NCBI GenBank assembly: GCA_964016885.1
Contig: OZ024745.1
Coordinates: forward strand, 76,012,001 to 76,076,000
From: Eledone cirrhosa
Lineage: Eukaryota
DNA length: 64,000 nt
Direction: 5' to 3'
Below, in pieces: positions 12,905 through 26,145 of the stretch. Below the pieces are notes generated by a model. That model had not been told where the DNA came from. It saw only the letters and a list, made by a program, of their open reading frames with translations, and did no database searches. The position numbers and the translations under genes were made by a program. Each line of letters begins with the position of its first letter. Position 1 is the stretch's first letter.

Positions 12905-13978
12905 AAATAAAAACTGTTTGAGTATGTAAGCATTCTTTGATTTCTTTTACATATATATATATATATAGGGTGGGCCAAAAGTCACTTCTTACCTATTTTT
13001 ATTAATAAAACAATTAACTCAAAAACAATTTTTTCTGTCTTCAAATAAAATTTCATAATTGGATTTTGTTTTTATTCAACTTTAATCTGAAAGAAAAAAA
13101 AAACAAATATTTTAATAAAAAATGTAAAATACGTGGCACACTGGTGCATACCTTCCTAGGTACTCAGAGTTTCTCGAAGCGAGTTGATTTCATATTGAGG
13201 GCTCTTTTTTTAGTGATTACAACCTCACATTCTGGCAATTTCAAAAGGTTGTAGCCAATCATATTGGTTCTAGTATTTATTTCAATCTCGGACTTATTCT
13301 AAAGGTCTCTATGTATTGAATAACTATACCTTTGATATTTATGGAATGTAAATCAGATGGAGCGATATATAGATATTTGGAGTGATGAATGAATACAGAA
13401 AATTATAATAACTATAAATTCTTTCATTGGTTTTAGCCACGGGAGTGTTTCCATACCTTCATAGCCAATAATATTGATTCCAGAACTTATTTTAGTCTGG
13501 TACTTATTTTAATGATCTCTATTTATTAAATAACTAAAGCTTTGACATTAAAGAACACACCCTTGATTTTCACATATAAACTGTAAAATGGTCATGTTGG
13601 TGACACAACAAAAACCACCCAGTCCACACTGTAAAGTGGTTGTGTAGGTGTCACGACAAAAAGCGCCCAACCCACACTGTAACATGGTCTTGGTGACACA
13701 ACAAAAATCACTTAGTCCACACTGTAAAGTGCTTGTATATATATCATCATCATCATCACCATTTTTCATCCATTCTTCCACGCAAGCATGGGTTAGATGG
13801 GTTGTCCTGTTGTGGGCAATGTCAGGTCAGGTGACCATGTCTTGTTCATACGGGAACTGATTTTTTTTTACTGTGGTGCCTACATGACCACTTTACAGTG
13901 GGAGGGGGTGGGGGAATTCTGTCTATATGCTTCAGCTTGTACTCGTGGGAAGTCAGACCTTCTGTATTATTGCGTAAC

Positions 13979-13979
<1 letters not shown>

Positions 13980-14048
<69 letters not shown>

Positions 14049-14097
14049 CTATATATATATAAATATATACACAAGGTTTTCCCCTCAAATATATATG

Positions 14098-14128
<31 letters not shown>

Positions 14129-14178
14129 ACTATATATATATAAATATATACACAAGGTTTTCCCCTCAAATATATATG

Positions 14179-14212
<34 letters not shown>

Positions 14213-14292
14213 CTATATATATATAAATATATACACAAGGTTTTCCCCTCAAATATATATGTATTATATATATATATATATATATATATATT
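13980..14292. repeat. (TA)n microsatellite with a ~55-bp segment triplicated at ~82-bp spacing
   Basis: ACACAAGGTTTTCCCCTCAAATATATATGTATTA occurs three times between TA tracts. Confidence 0.9.
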
Positions 14293-14374
14293 TCATTTAA
14301 TGTATGCTAGTGTGGAAAATGGACATTAAACGATAATGATGATGATGTTGATGATATGTATATTTATATATATA

Positions 14375-15213
14375 GTTCAGAGAGCTTATACCGCTGTTGG
14401 CCACAAAAGGTTTCTCTCTAAAAATGAAAGGCAGATTGTATGATGCTTGTATATGAACAGCAATGTTATATGGCAGTAAGACATGGGCAGAGGACCTATG
14501 CAGATTGGAAAGGAACGAAGAGTGCATGCTCTGTTGGATGTGTAATAGTAATATACATGAACAGCAAAGCATAAATGAACTAAGTGAGAAATTAGGAATA
14601 AAAAGGGTCAGATGCTGTTTACTTGAGAGGAGATTACGTTGGTATAGTCACGTGATGCGCATGAAAGACGACAGCTGTATAAAAAAGTGCAGGGCGATCA
14701 AAATTGATGGCAGCTACAGAGTAGGTAGGCCCAGAAAAACCTGGGATGACATGATAACATCTGACCTTTCACACTTACACCTCTTTAAGATAATGTCACT
14801 GGATCGAGACCTTTGTTGCTATGCAGTAATATAGAAGACCTGCCTTCCCTTACGTATAAAGTTAAACCTACAGTCAGTAGGCACTTCTTAACCAAATATA
14901 CACCCCAACCCACTACCCCTACTCCATCCTCCCACTTCCACCCACACCACCCTTTCTCTGTAAAGTTATGTTGGTACTACAACATCCAGTCCAAACTAAA
15001 GAGGTTGTGTAGATGTCATGACAAAAAGCTCCCAGTCCACACTGTAAATGTGGTTGGTGTTAGGAAGGGCATCCAGCTGTAGAAAACCTGCCAGATACAG
15101 TCCTATTCGAGCGATACACGGTCATCCGATCAATCTTGCCTCAAGTGGGACAATTCCCGTCTAACTCATGCTAGCGTGGAAGATAGACATTAAACAATGA
15201 TGATGATGATGAT
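14375..15213 (+). mobile_element. RTE family A, 5'-truncated 3' fragment
   Basis: ORF 14463-14834 (LERRLRWY, GRPRKTW), then the same 3' UTR as 18853-19340 and a (GAT)n tail. Confidence 0.85.
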
Positions 15214-16626
15214 ATATATATACAGTGAGTCTAATGTTATGATGTGTGATTGTGTGGTGGCATTGATTCCATTGTGTCTGTAGGTAAAGAAAGATTGATG
15301 TGCTTGTGCATGTGTGACCAGAGATTGCAGTAGTGCAAGTAGGTGAGTAACCGTGTTCCTTAAGATGAAGATGATGTGATGGTTCTATGGGTAAGTGATT
15401 TACCCTTATCACATAGGTAATGAAATATATAAGCCACAATAACACAAAGCTGCTATGTTAATACTTTACTAAATATTACTTTCATCAAAGTTGAATAAGA
15501 TGTGCTCTGTATGTATGAATATATAGACTGAAAAGATGCATTGGACTAACCATTGTTAAAATCGAATGGGAGTATAGCTGCCTCAGTCCGCTGGCTGAGA
15601 GGGCCAAAGTTAATGTCTGTTGACATTGTTCTGGTTGCTGGAAAAAACTGCTGGACTGATTATTTTGACAACCAAGGGCAGACTGTTTTATGAGGATAGT
15701 GTTATCTCCTGACAATCTGCAGGTGACCTCTAGAAAGCTATTCCTCTAGACAATCTGGTGACACTACTCATAAACTAAGGAACCAAATATCTATGGGGCC
15801 AAAAGTACAGTGTGTGTAGTCACAATGACCTATCTAGCCAACCTGGGAACAAAAGTTCAAGTCAGTCTAATTGCATTCACTACACACACACACACGCATA
15901 TGTATATATACAAGGTTTCTCCCTCTAATTTATCAGTATCAACGTCAATTTCAAATTTGTAATTGTCAACTTGAATTTGATTATCATCAACTTACATTTC
16001 CTCATTCCTGTAAGATAGAGCAATTTTTTTTCATCATGAAGAGTGAAGCATTGACATCAGGGGTTACTTGTCATAGTATTGTAAAGGAATGTAAAAATGT
16101 GACAGTTTTGCAACGGATTAGAAGTTTCATATGAAGAAATTGTTGCAACCTTCATTACTGTAAATATACACACATGTAAAACTACATTCAAGGACAAAAG
16201 TTAATAACATCAGTTTAACATATTCATTATCCACATTTCTTAACTTTCTGAAAAAGTTCCTAAAAAACCTGACACATTCTTTAGTAAACAAATTTATCTT
16301 GGTTTCGATAACTTATCTTTCTATATTAAATACATATGATCAAAGCCAAGCTGACTTTATTTACCAAAATCGATTGTGATAGCTTTTTTTAAAAGGAATA
16401 TGTTAAAGGATTTAAAAAACGGGAATAATGAATAAAAGGTTAAATTGATGTTATTCATTTTTGTTTTTTGGGGTTGTGTTACTTTTTTAATCTTTTATCT
16501 GTTCCAGCTGACTAGATGAGGCCATGTTAGAACACTGCCATTGTATACAGCACTAGAGAGATTGTTGTGTCTTTGACACAGCCGAAAAGTCCTCCTGACA
16601 CTTGGCTTGACAAGCTTTCTGACCAT

Positions 16627-16818
16627 CATTTGGATTGGCAGTATCGGTAGAGGGTCGGACGCCATGCTTTCCAGCATAGTTACGTCCCTTTACGATCTGA
16701 GTTCAAATCCCGCCGAGGTTGACTTTGCCTTTCATCCTTACGGAGTCGATAAAATAAAGTACCAGTAATGCACTGGGTAATTGCTGGCCTTGTGCCTAAA
16801 GTAGAAACAATTATTATT
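16627..16818 (+). mobile_element. SINE family 2 copy
   Basis: Same head, core and (ATT)n tail as the 10-kb cluster and 60435-60632. Confidence 0.85.
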
Positions 16819-18188
16819 TTTACATCCATATTTCCATGTATATCTAGTTTTACATGAATGGATGCAGGATATGACAATTTCTTTATACAAAACTTGTAGT
16901 TCTTTGCAAAATGTTAAAATGTTTACATTATTTTACAATTCTGTGGCAAGTAATCACTGATATAAATACCTCACTCTTTATAATAAAAAAAGAAATTTGC
17001 TCCATTCAACAGTAATGATGAAATTAAAGTTGATGATGGTGAAATTGAGTCTGACAATAAAGAAATTGTAGATAACGCTGATGAACCTAAGATTGGCTTT
17101 GACAAGATTGATGTTGATATTGATGAATTTGAGGGGGGAACTCTGTACATACAAGGTTCAGCTAAAAAGTTCATAGGCTGACCAAGATGGAATGTGACCA
17201 AATGAGGTTTATTTTCCAACATAGTCATGCTTGCAGTTCACATACTTCTCCCATTGGTGTTGCATCTTGCTTACATAAGTTCCCAAACTGTACAGAGTCC
17301 ATTTTACCATGGCACCAGCACTGAAAATGTTGTGTCTTTAACAGAGCTGATGAGTCCTTCTGACAAATTTTCTATATATCACTACCATCATCATCATTTT
17401 TACATCCATTTTTTCATGCTTGCATGGGTTAAACAAATCCTCTCCAGTGCTACATTCCTCTTAACTCTTTCTTTGTCATTTCCTTTGTGGGGTTCAGTAT
17501 CTTGTGATCAACTTTCACCATTCCTCCTTAGATCTTCCTAGGCTTATCTCTACCACATCTACCTTTCACTTAGGCTCCCGGCACTTCTTCACCTAACAAT
17601 CATCATCCATATGTCGTACATATCCATACCAATGCATTCCATTTTAATACATGGTAGTTAGGTGTACTCCTTCATAAACACAAGTTACATAGATCTAACA
17701 TTGTTAGAGCTTGTAAATATATCCTGTACTACCAAATTATTAGGTGTTATAGGACATGCATACAAACCCTAATAATGGAAAACACTGTCCTGACCAGATG
17801 AGACTTAAGTATTTTTGAAGGTATAAGATTAATCAGCATGTCTTAAAGCATACATTACCTCTATGTTTGCATATTGACGGCTCATTCTTTCATAATATAA
17901 AATATTACACCCAATAAACGATATATACATATATGTGTGTGTGTATGAATGTAGTAATATCTGTAGGTGTGAAAAGGAAAAAGGAAACAGTACTCAATCA
18001 GGAAGAGAGCAGAAATATTATATTATATTATTTATGTTCATACATGAAACAAATGCGCTAACACAAGGTTTTAAGGCCCAAATTCGACCATACCTCCAGA
18101 ATACAAGAGTTATCAAATTAGTGGCCTTTCTTCAGGCATTTATATGAATTTATAAGATCTTACAAACTCGTATGAACATAAATAAATG

Positions 18189-18238
<50 letters not shown>

Positions 18239-18395
18239 TTGTTATACTTTGGGAGGGTCATGTTACCAATAAGAAACACACGCACGTACCAGTTGCTTTC
18301 ACTCCAATTTATTATAAATTAAATTATAAATTTAAGAAATTTATAAATTTCCTGTTGGCTGGTTGGTTCCACAACCGGACGGATGTTCATATATT

Positions 18396-18438
18396 GTCAA
18401 AGTTCTTTCGTCATACATTCTGTGACCTCATCAGTGAC
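18396..18438 (-). ncRNA. Minimal type-I hammerhead motif (F1 left arm)
   Basis: Reverse complement of 18591-18633, with one G-to-A change in stem II. Confidence 0.55.
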
Positions 18439-18590
18439 CGGAGATTCTTTTCTTTGTTTTGTGCCTCTCCTTTGTTCTGTCCTACGCCATCTTGTTTTTG
18501 TGTGTGTTCACAAAACAAACAAAACAAAAAAAAACAAGATGGCGTAGGACAGAACAAAGGAGAGGCACAAAACAAAGAAAAGAATCCCTG

Positions 18591-18633
18591 GTCACTGATG
18601 AGGTCACAGAATGTGTGACGAAAGAACTTTGAC
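18591..18633 (+). ncRNA. Minimal type-I hammerhead motif (F1 right arm)
   Basis: GUCA-CUGAUGA-G-[GUCACA GAAUG UGUGAC]-GAAAG-AA-CUU^UGAC. Stem I GUCA/UGAC; very short stem III as in Penelope-associated hammerheads. Confidence 0.6.
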
Positions 18634-18852
18634 AATATATGAACAACCGTCCGGTTGTGGAACCAACCAGCCAACAGGAAATTTATAAATTTCTTAAATT
18701 TATAATTTAATTTATAATAAATTGGAGTGAAAGCAACTGGTGCGTGTGTTTCTTATTGGCAACATGACCCTCCAAAGTATAACAATATTGGTTTCAACAC
18801 ACATTTTCAGATAAAGAATCTTGCTAAACAAATTCATAAACAAAATATATAT

Positions 18853-21800
18853 CATCATCATCATCATCATCGTTTAACGTCCCTGTTCCACGCTTGCATG
18901 GGTTTGGACGGGCGTTTTCCCACTTGAGGCAAGAGTGGTTGTCTTGCTCGCATAGGACTATCTGGCGGGTTTTCTACAGCTGGATGCCCTTCCTAACACC
19001 AACCACATTTACAGTGTGGGGCTGGGAGGTTTTTACCGTGTTGCCTACACGGCCACATTACAGCGTAGACTGTCTGGCGTGTTTTCTACAGCTGGATGCC
19101 CTTCCTAACACCAACCACATTTACAGTGTGGGACTGGGAGGTTTTTACCGTGTTGCCTACACGGTCACATTACAGCGTGGACTGTGTGTTTTTTTGTCGT
19201 GACACCTACACGATCTTGTTTGTTTCGGCCTGGATGTTGTGGCACCAACATAACTTTGCATTGAAGGGGGCGGTGTGGATGGGGTGGGACGGGGGTGTAT
19301 TTTGTTAGAGATGCCTACTGACTAGTAGGTTTTACTTTGTATTTAGGTAAGGCGGGTCTTCTCTGTTACTGAGTATCGCCAAAGGTCTCGGTCCAGTGAC
19401 ATTGTCTTGGAGAGGTGTAAGTGTGTGAGGTCGGAATTTATCAGCTCGTCCCAGGTTTTCCTGGGTCTGCCTACTCCGTGGCTACCATCTATCTTTATTG
19501 CCCTGGTCTCACTGCCATGCAACATTGCTGTTCGTATGCAGGCATCATACAACCTGCCTTTCATTTTTAGGGAGAACCCTTTAGCGGCTAATAGTGGTAT
19601 AAGCTCTCTGAACTTTTTCCATCCAGTTCTGACTCTAGCTACTGTACTTTCAGAGCACCCTCCCCCACTACTGATTTTGTCACCCAGGTAACGGAAGCTG
19701 TCCACTATTTCTATAGAACCCTCTGCACAATTGAAAGAGTTAGTATTTTGTGGGCACTTGCTGCTACTTATTGCACCAGAGCACCGGCCACATGTAAAAT
19801 CTGTGTTCTTAGTTAGCTTACCTGTGATCCCTCTACATCTTTTATGCACCCATACTTTGCATTTGGGACATAAAATGGAGTTTCTACCTACGCCTTTCCT
19901 ACACACTGAGCATGGCCATTTCCCGGAGGTGACCGGCGCCCTATTTTCTTTCCTACAAACTAGAACTTTAGTCTTAGCCAGGTTAATTTTAAGGCCTTTT
20001 GATTCTAGGCCGTGCTTCCATGTTTGGAATTTCTTCTCTAGCTCGGCCATTGATTCAGCTATGAGCGTTAGATCATCTGCGTATAGGAGTTCCCATGGGC
20101 AGCCGGTCTTGAACTCCTCTGTTATAGCCTGAAGGGCAATAATAAATAGTAGGGGGCTAAGAACAGAGCCCTGATGGACACCAACTTTTACGCTAAACTC
20201 TTCACTATATTCGTTGTTATTTCTAACCTTGCTGACTGTTTCTTTATACATGGCTTGTATGGCTCTCACAAGCCTTTCGTCAACACCTAGTTTTCTAAGA
20301 GCCCACCAGATAATGGAACGGGGGACTCTGTCGAAGGCTTTCTCCAAGTCGACAAAAGCTAAGTATAGGGGTTTACTTTTAGCTAGGTACTTCTCCTGTA
20401 GTTGTCGTACAATGAAAAGAGCGTCTGTGGTACTTTTGCCTGACACAAACCCGAACTGCATTTCATCTAGATCAATTCTCTCTCTGATTAGTTGCGCTAT
20501 TACTTTTTCCGTGACCTTCATGACCTGGTCGATTAATTTAATGCCTCTATAGTTACTCCTATCTAGGGCGTCTCCTTTACCCTTGTAACAGTTAACGATG
20601 ATGCTGCTACGCCAGTCCTTCGGAACAACCCCATTCTGTATGACTTGGTTTACTATCCGGGTGACCATGGTGTGTCCCACCGTACCGGAGGCTTTTAGCA
20701 TCTCAGCAACTATTTCCGAAGGCCCAGCCGCCTTACCCGTCTTCATATCTTTGATTGCCTTACTTATTATACTACCTTTGACTAACACTGCTGGTCCCTC
20801 TATTGGATCGATGTGGGGGAGACTGTCTTTCTCCCATTTATTCTCCTCATTTAGTAGCCTTTCGTAGTGACACTTCCAAGCTACCTTCTTATCAGCGTCA
20901 GTGATGGCAAGTACGCCATCATCGTTAAGTACACACTTCTCCCCGACAATATCACGGTTTTCCTTGACACACTGCCTAGCAATCCTGAACACCTCACGTT
21001 TTTGGTCCTCGCGTTGTAGAACATGCTTGAACTTTCTTTCCTCTGCTTCCCTTCTTGCGAAGTACACTTGTCTCCTAGCTTCCCTCCTGGCCACTTGATA
21101 GTCTTCTCTACTTCCCCCATCCCGCCATGCTTTCCAAGCCTGCTTTTTGGCCTTGATTGACCCCTCCACCTTACTGTTCCACCACCATGTTACTCTCCTC
21201 CTGCCTACAGGCCTGCTCCAGCCACAAACTTCATCTGCCGCCATCAGCAGGTTTGCTTTCAGGAATTCCCACTGTTCCTCTATCTTGTACGACTCTAATT
21301 GCTCTTCCTTACTGTCGAAAGCATCAAGTAATATGCTTTGAAATTTATTTCTGGCTGTGGGATCCTTTAGCTTCCATATTTTTCTCCTAAGGATAGTCCT
21401 CTTCTGCTGTCTAGTACGTCTCGTCCTGACTATGAGGTCGCTAATTATCAGTCTATGTTGGGAGGTGCATTCTTCATGGGGGAGGGATTTAGTGTTTACA
21501 ACAGACACTCTGTCACGTCTTCTGGTAAGGATATAATCTACCTGGCTGGTATGTTCTCCTGATCTGTAGGTGATCAAGTGATTGTCTCGTTTTTTGAAGT
21601 TAGTGTTACAGATAGTTAGGTTGTTCGCATCACAGAATTCCAGGATTCTGGAGCCTTCCTCGTTTCTAGTACCAAACCCATAGCCTCCGTGGATTCCGTC
21701 ATAGCCGTCACAATGTTGTCCAATGTGACCATTTAGGTCGCTAGCAATAATTATATAGTCACTGTCGGTTATTTGGGAGGTGGTGAGCATCAGTGTCTCA

Positions 21801-22147
21801 TAGAATCTGTCTTTTATAGCGCCAGGCAGTCCGGATTGGGGCGCGTATGCAGATATTACTGTCACAGTAGTTCTGTTTAGAACAAGTCTTATTTTAATTA
21901 TTCTGTCATTCACTCTATTTACGTCTATTATTTTATCCACCCATTTTTCTGCTAACATGATTCCTTCCCCACCTATCCCATTGTCATTCCCCACCCAGAA
22001 AAGCTTTTAGCAACGTTTTTTACCCACAATGAATCTAGCAGACCCGCCCCTCCACCTGGTCTCTTGGATACAGCAAACATCAACCTCCTTACATTCAAGC
22101 ATTTCTACAACCTCGTTAGAGCGGCCTTTTAAGGTGCCTATGTTAGT
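18853..22147 (-). mobile_element. RTE family A LINE, nearly complete (APE endonuclease and RT), 5'-truncated
   Basis: Begins at NIGTLKG..EVVEML. 883-aa ORF, long 3' UTR and (GAT)n tail. Confidence 0.95.
19343..21994 (-). pseudogene. RTE ORF: APE endonuclease, reverse transcriptase and Cys-rich PHD-like insert; defective
   Basis: AYAPQ, DLNGH, QVDYIL, QHRL, NYRGI, QFGF, FVDLEKAFD, GVHQGS, LYADD, FRYLG. A stop upstream near 22007, and an in-frame deletion of about 65 aa after HGSET relative to the 41897 copy. Confidence 0.93.
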
Positions 22148-22209
22148 GTGTGAGTGTTTGTGTGTGCGTCATGTCAATGTTTTGTTTTTTTGTTTTGTTT
22201 TTTTTAATG

Positions 22210-25200
22210 ACCATGCTGAAAAATGGAGGGGTAGAGAGGGCCCTTGAGTCTAGTAAGACATCCTCTCTAGTGCTGGTGGCACAAATAAAAGCACCCAGTC
22301 CATGCTGTAAAGTGGCGCTGGTGTTAGGAAGGGCATCCAACCAGTGTATCAATGCCAAAACGCTTATCAGCACAGCAACAAATAGGAACAACAACAAAAT
22401 ATGAAGACGTCGCATCTCAGAGTTGCAACACTTAATGTTGGCACTCTCAGAGGTAGATCTGCTGAAATAGCGGAGATGCTGGAGAGAAGGCAGGTGGATG
22501 TGTGCTGCGTGCAAGAGGTGAGATGGAGAGGTGCCTCTGCGAGACTAGTCGTAGGCAAGCGTCTTAGCTATAAGCTATTCTGGGTAGGTAAGGATGATGG
22601 GCTAGGGGGAGTAGGCATTTTCCTGGCTGTGAAATGGATCAATAAGACAATAGAGGTAGTTCGAGTTAGTAATCGAATAATTAAGCTTAGATTAGTTGTA
22701 GGTAGGAGACTACTGACAATCATCTCGGTCTATGCTCCCCAAGCAGGCCTAGGCAAAGATGAGAAAGACTGCTTTTATGAGCAACTTTTGCAAACAACCG
22801 CAATGACAGAGGACGGAGACATCGTTATGCTAGCAGGAGACTTCAATGGTCATGTTGGACAGCTCCAGGATGGTTACACTGGGGTACATGGTGGGCACGG
22901 TTACGGTTCAAGAAATGAAGAAGGAGTGAGACTTCTTGAATTTTGTGATGCGAGTACATTGACTATTTGCAACACAAACTTCCAGAAACCTGCCAATCAC
23001 CTAATAACCTACAAATCTGGTGAGCACATAAGCCAGATTGACTTCTTGCTAGTTAGGCAGCGGGACAGGCAGATAGTGTCTAATACCAAGGCATACCCTG
23101 GGGAAGAATGTACCCCACAGCATAGGTTAGTTGTTAGTGATATCTCAGTAAGCAAGAGATGAAATGAGACATATAGGAAGGTGTGGAGAAGAAAGGTCTG
23201 GAAGCTAAAAGACCTTTCACTAAAATACAAATTTAGGAAAGCCTTTCAAGATGTATATGACGAAAAAGAAGACGATTTAGAGACGTATGACATAGATAAT
23301 AACTGGAATTTCTTACGTGATAACTTGCTGCAGGCTACTGATGAAACCTGTGGCTGGAGCAGAGCTCCAACCAGACAGAGAGTGACCTGGTGGTGGAACA
23401 GCACAGTAGATAAGGCTATTAGAGACAAAAGACTAGCATGGAAGGCTTGGAAAAAGGGTGGGAGTAGGGAAGAATATACAGCCACTAAGAGAGAAGCTAG
23501 ACGTCAGGTGTACTTAGCACGCAGGGAGGCAGAGAGTAGGAGGTTTGCCAATGTTCTGCGACGAGAAGATCAGAGGCGTGCGGTGTTCCACATTGCAAGG
23601 CAGGATGTTGTTGGAGATAAATGTGTCCGGGATGATGCCGGTGTATTTAGTGTCACGAATGATCAGAAAAAGGAGGCCTGGAAATGTCATTATGAGAGAC
23701 TGATGAATGTGGAGAACGAATGGGAGAGAGAGAAATTACCCTCAGTAGATCCGACAGAGGGACCAGCTATTGAGAATGACGAATATAGGGTCCAAGAGGC
23801 GATTAGGGAAATGAAAAATGGTAAGGCGGCCGGACCATCGGGAATAGTTGCTGAGATGCTGAGGGCATCAGAGGACGTAGGCACTAAACTGGTTGCACGC
23901 ATCATCAATCAGGCTATATATGGTGGTGTCATACCCAAAGACTGGTGCAGCAGTATTCTCATAAATTGCTACAAAGGTAAAGGGGATGCTTTGGAGAGGA
24001 GCAATTATAGGGGTATAAAACTGATAGATCAGGTTATGAAAGTGGCAGAAAGGATTTTAGCACAACTAATTAGAGAAAGGGTCAAACTAGATGAGATGCA
24101 GTTTGGTTTTGTGCCTGGGAAGAGTACAACAGATGCCCTCTTCTTGGTGAGACAAATGCAAGAGAGGTTCTTAGAGAAGAATAAGCCACTATACTTAGCC
24201 TTTGTTGACCTAGAGAAGGCCTTTGATAGGGTACCCCGATCTGTCATCTGGTGGTCCCTAAGGAAGCTAGGTGTTGAGGAATGGCTTGTGAGGACAGTGC
24301 AAACTTTGTACAGAGGTACTCTCAGTAAAGTCAGGGTAGGAATGGAGTTTAGTGAGGAATTCCAGATACAAGTAGGAGTACATCAGGGTTCGGTCCTCAG
24401 CCCGCTCTTGTTCATTATAGTCCTCTAAGCCATAACAGAGGAGTTTAAGTCTGGCTGTCCATGGGAACTTCTCTATGCTGACGATCTGGTTCTTATAGCA
24501 GAATCAGTAGAGGAGCTGGAGAATAAATTCTGGCTATGGAAACAGCAGTTGGAAGCAAGAGGACTGAGAGTGAATCTAGCTAAGACAAAAGTGTTGATGA
24601 GTAGAAAAGAGGACAAAACCCTGATTCCGTCAGGGAAATGGCCATGTTCGATATGCAGAAAAGGAACTGGCATAAATTCTATAAAATGCACACAATGCAG
24701 ATCCTGGGTACACAAGAGATGTAGCGGGATAGCAGGCAAACTAACAGGTAGGGAGAAATATGTATGCAGTAGATGTACAGGGAAATTAGACAGTAGAAGT
24801 CGCACTGATAGACACATTTTTCAAATGCAAGAGGGCGCTATAGAAGTGGTGGATAGCTTCCGGTACCTAGGAGATCAGATTAGCATGGGAGGAGGGTGTT
24901 CCGAGGCCATAGTATCTAGAATAAGGACGGGTTGGAAGAAGTTTAGGGAGCTGCTTCCTCTGTTGACGAAGAAGGGTTTCTCCCTGCGTACGAAAGGCCG
25001 GTTGTATGATGCCTGTGTGAGGAGCGCGATGCTGCATGGTAGTGAGACATGGGCAGCAACTGCAGAGGATATGCGATGGCTGGAGAGAAATGAGGCAAGC
25101 ATGCTCCGTTGGATGTGCAGTGTAAATGTGCGTGAACGACCCAGCATAAATGTGTTGAGAGAGAAACTGTGTCTGAGAGGGATAGAATGTAGTGTACGGG

Positions 25201-25468
25201 AGAGGAGACTGAGGTGGTATGGACATGTGATGCGCATGGAGGATGACCGATGGGTGAAGAAGTGCCAGGAAATGCCAGTTGAAGAAAGATGTGGTAGAGG
25301 TAGACCACGAAAAACATGGGCGGAGGTAGTGAGAACAGACCTCAGATCGTTGAAGCTCACGGTGGAGATGTCGAAGGACCGTGACGAGTGGAGAGATGCT
25401 GTGCTGAATAGGACCCGTCCCACCCTTGCAAGCAGGGAAAAGCAGACGTAAAATGATGATGATGATGA
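22210..25468 (+). mobile_element. Full-length RTE family B LINE
   Basis: 5' UTR with the GGTGTTAGGAAGGGCATCC motif, a single ORF, a short 3' end and a (GAT)n tail. Confidence 0.95.
22401..25451 (+). pseudogene. RTE ORF (APE and RT), one reading frame of ~1016 codons with two premature stops
   Basis: ORFs 22401, 23181 and 24549 share one frame. Stops at 23160-62 (TGA) and 24426-28 (TAA). TLNVGTL, VQEVRW, GDFNGH, LYADD and FRYLG are intact. Confidence 0.95.
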
Positions 25469-25867
25469 TACACACATACCTAGGGATTGAATTCATGACC
25501 AGTAAAAAGATCAACACACTTAATACTCAATGATTATATTGACTATACAACATCATTTAATGTTTGATCTCCTTGCTAATAAGAGTTGGACATATATGTA
25601 TATCCATTTATAGTTGGAATGGATTGATTACTAAGAGAGATATTTAAATTAGGTTGACAGATGCATGACTAAAGCTATTCTGAAAGTTATATAAGTAGAT
25701 TGGTAGTTATGTAAATAAACAATTTCTTTGATAACCATATTCAGTGAAAAAATAAATTAAAAATAACTCTCAAATTGGTAATGCTGATGATGAGATGATA
25801 AGGAATAGACGGAGGATGCAGTGGAGGAAGAGGAGAATTAGATAAAATAGTTCATGTACATACATAT

Positions 25868-26145
25868 AAGACTGTCTGTCTTAAGGCAGAAGGCTCGTCA
25901 GGCCAGTGCTTATCCTGATTTCATGGCATGAAGTAACTGAGAGTACAAAACTCCCCTCTGGACAGGACGCCAGTCCATCGCAGGATTAAACCCCCAGCTA
26001 TTGCTGGTACTCATTTTCAGCTGAGTATACTGGAGCAACGTGAAATGAAGTGTCTTGCTCAAGAACACAAAATGCAACCCAGCCCAGGAATGAGACCCAC
26101 AACATTATGATCGGCCAACTCTTACCACTAGACCATGCACCCCCT
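25868..26145 (-). mobile_element. tRNA-derived SINE with a family-1-type core and a V-domain-like tail
   Basis: CTTGAGCAAGACACTTCATTTCACGTTGCTCCAG core, then CCTGCGATGGACTGGCGTCCTGTCCAG. Confidence 0.65.

Larger units (their letters stand above)
18236..18850. mobile_element. Fold-back element F1 (~270-bp inverted arms) with one hammerhead motif per arm, in (TA)n
   Basis: 18236-18505 is the reverse complement of ~18525-18788. Related copies at 38455-38600, 44440-44490 and 48549-48870. Confidence 0.85.

Noticed and set aside
24867-25517. Long antisense ORFs over the RTE elements
   Set aside because: Shadow ORFs opposite LINE coding sequence.
25890-25930. Type-II hammerhead-like order (GAAA...AUA...CUGACGA) in a SINE tail, minus strand
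   Set aside because: Stems I and II do not pair convincingly.
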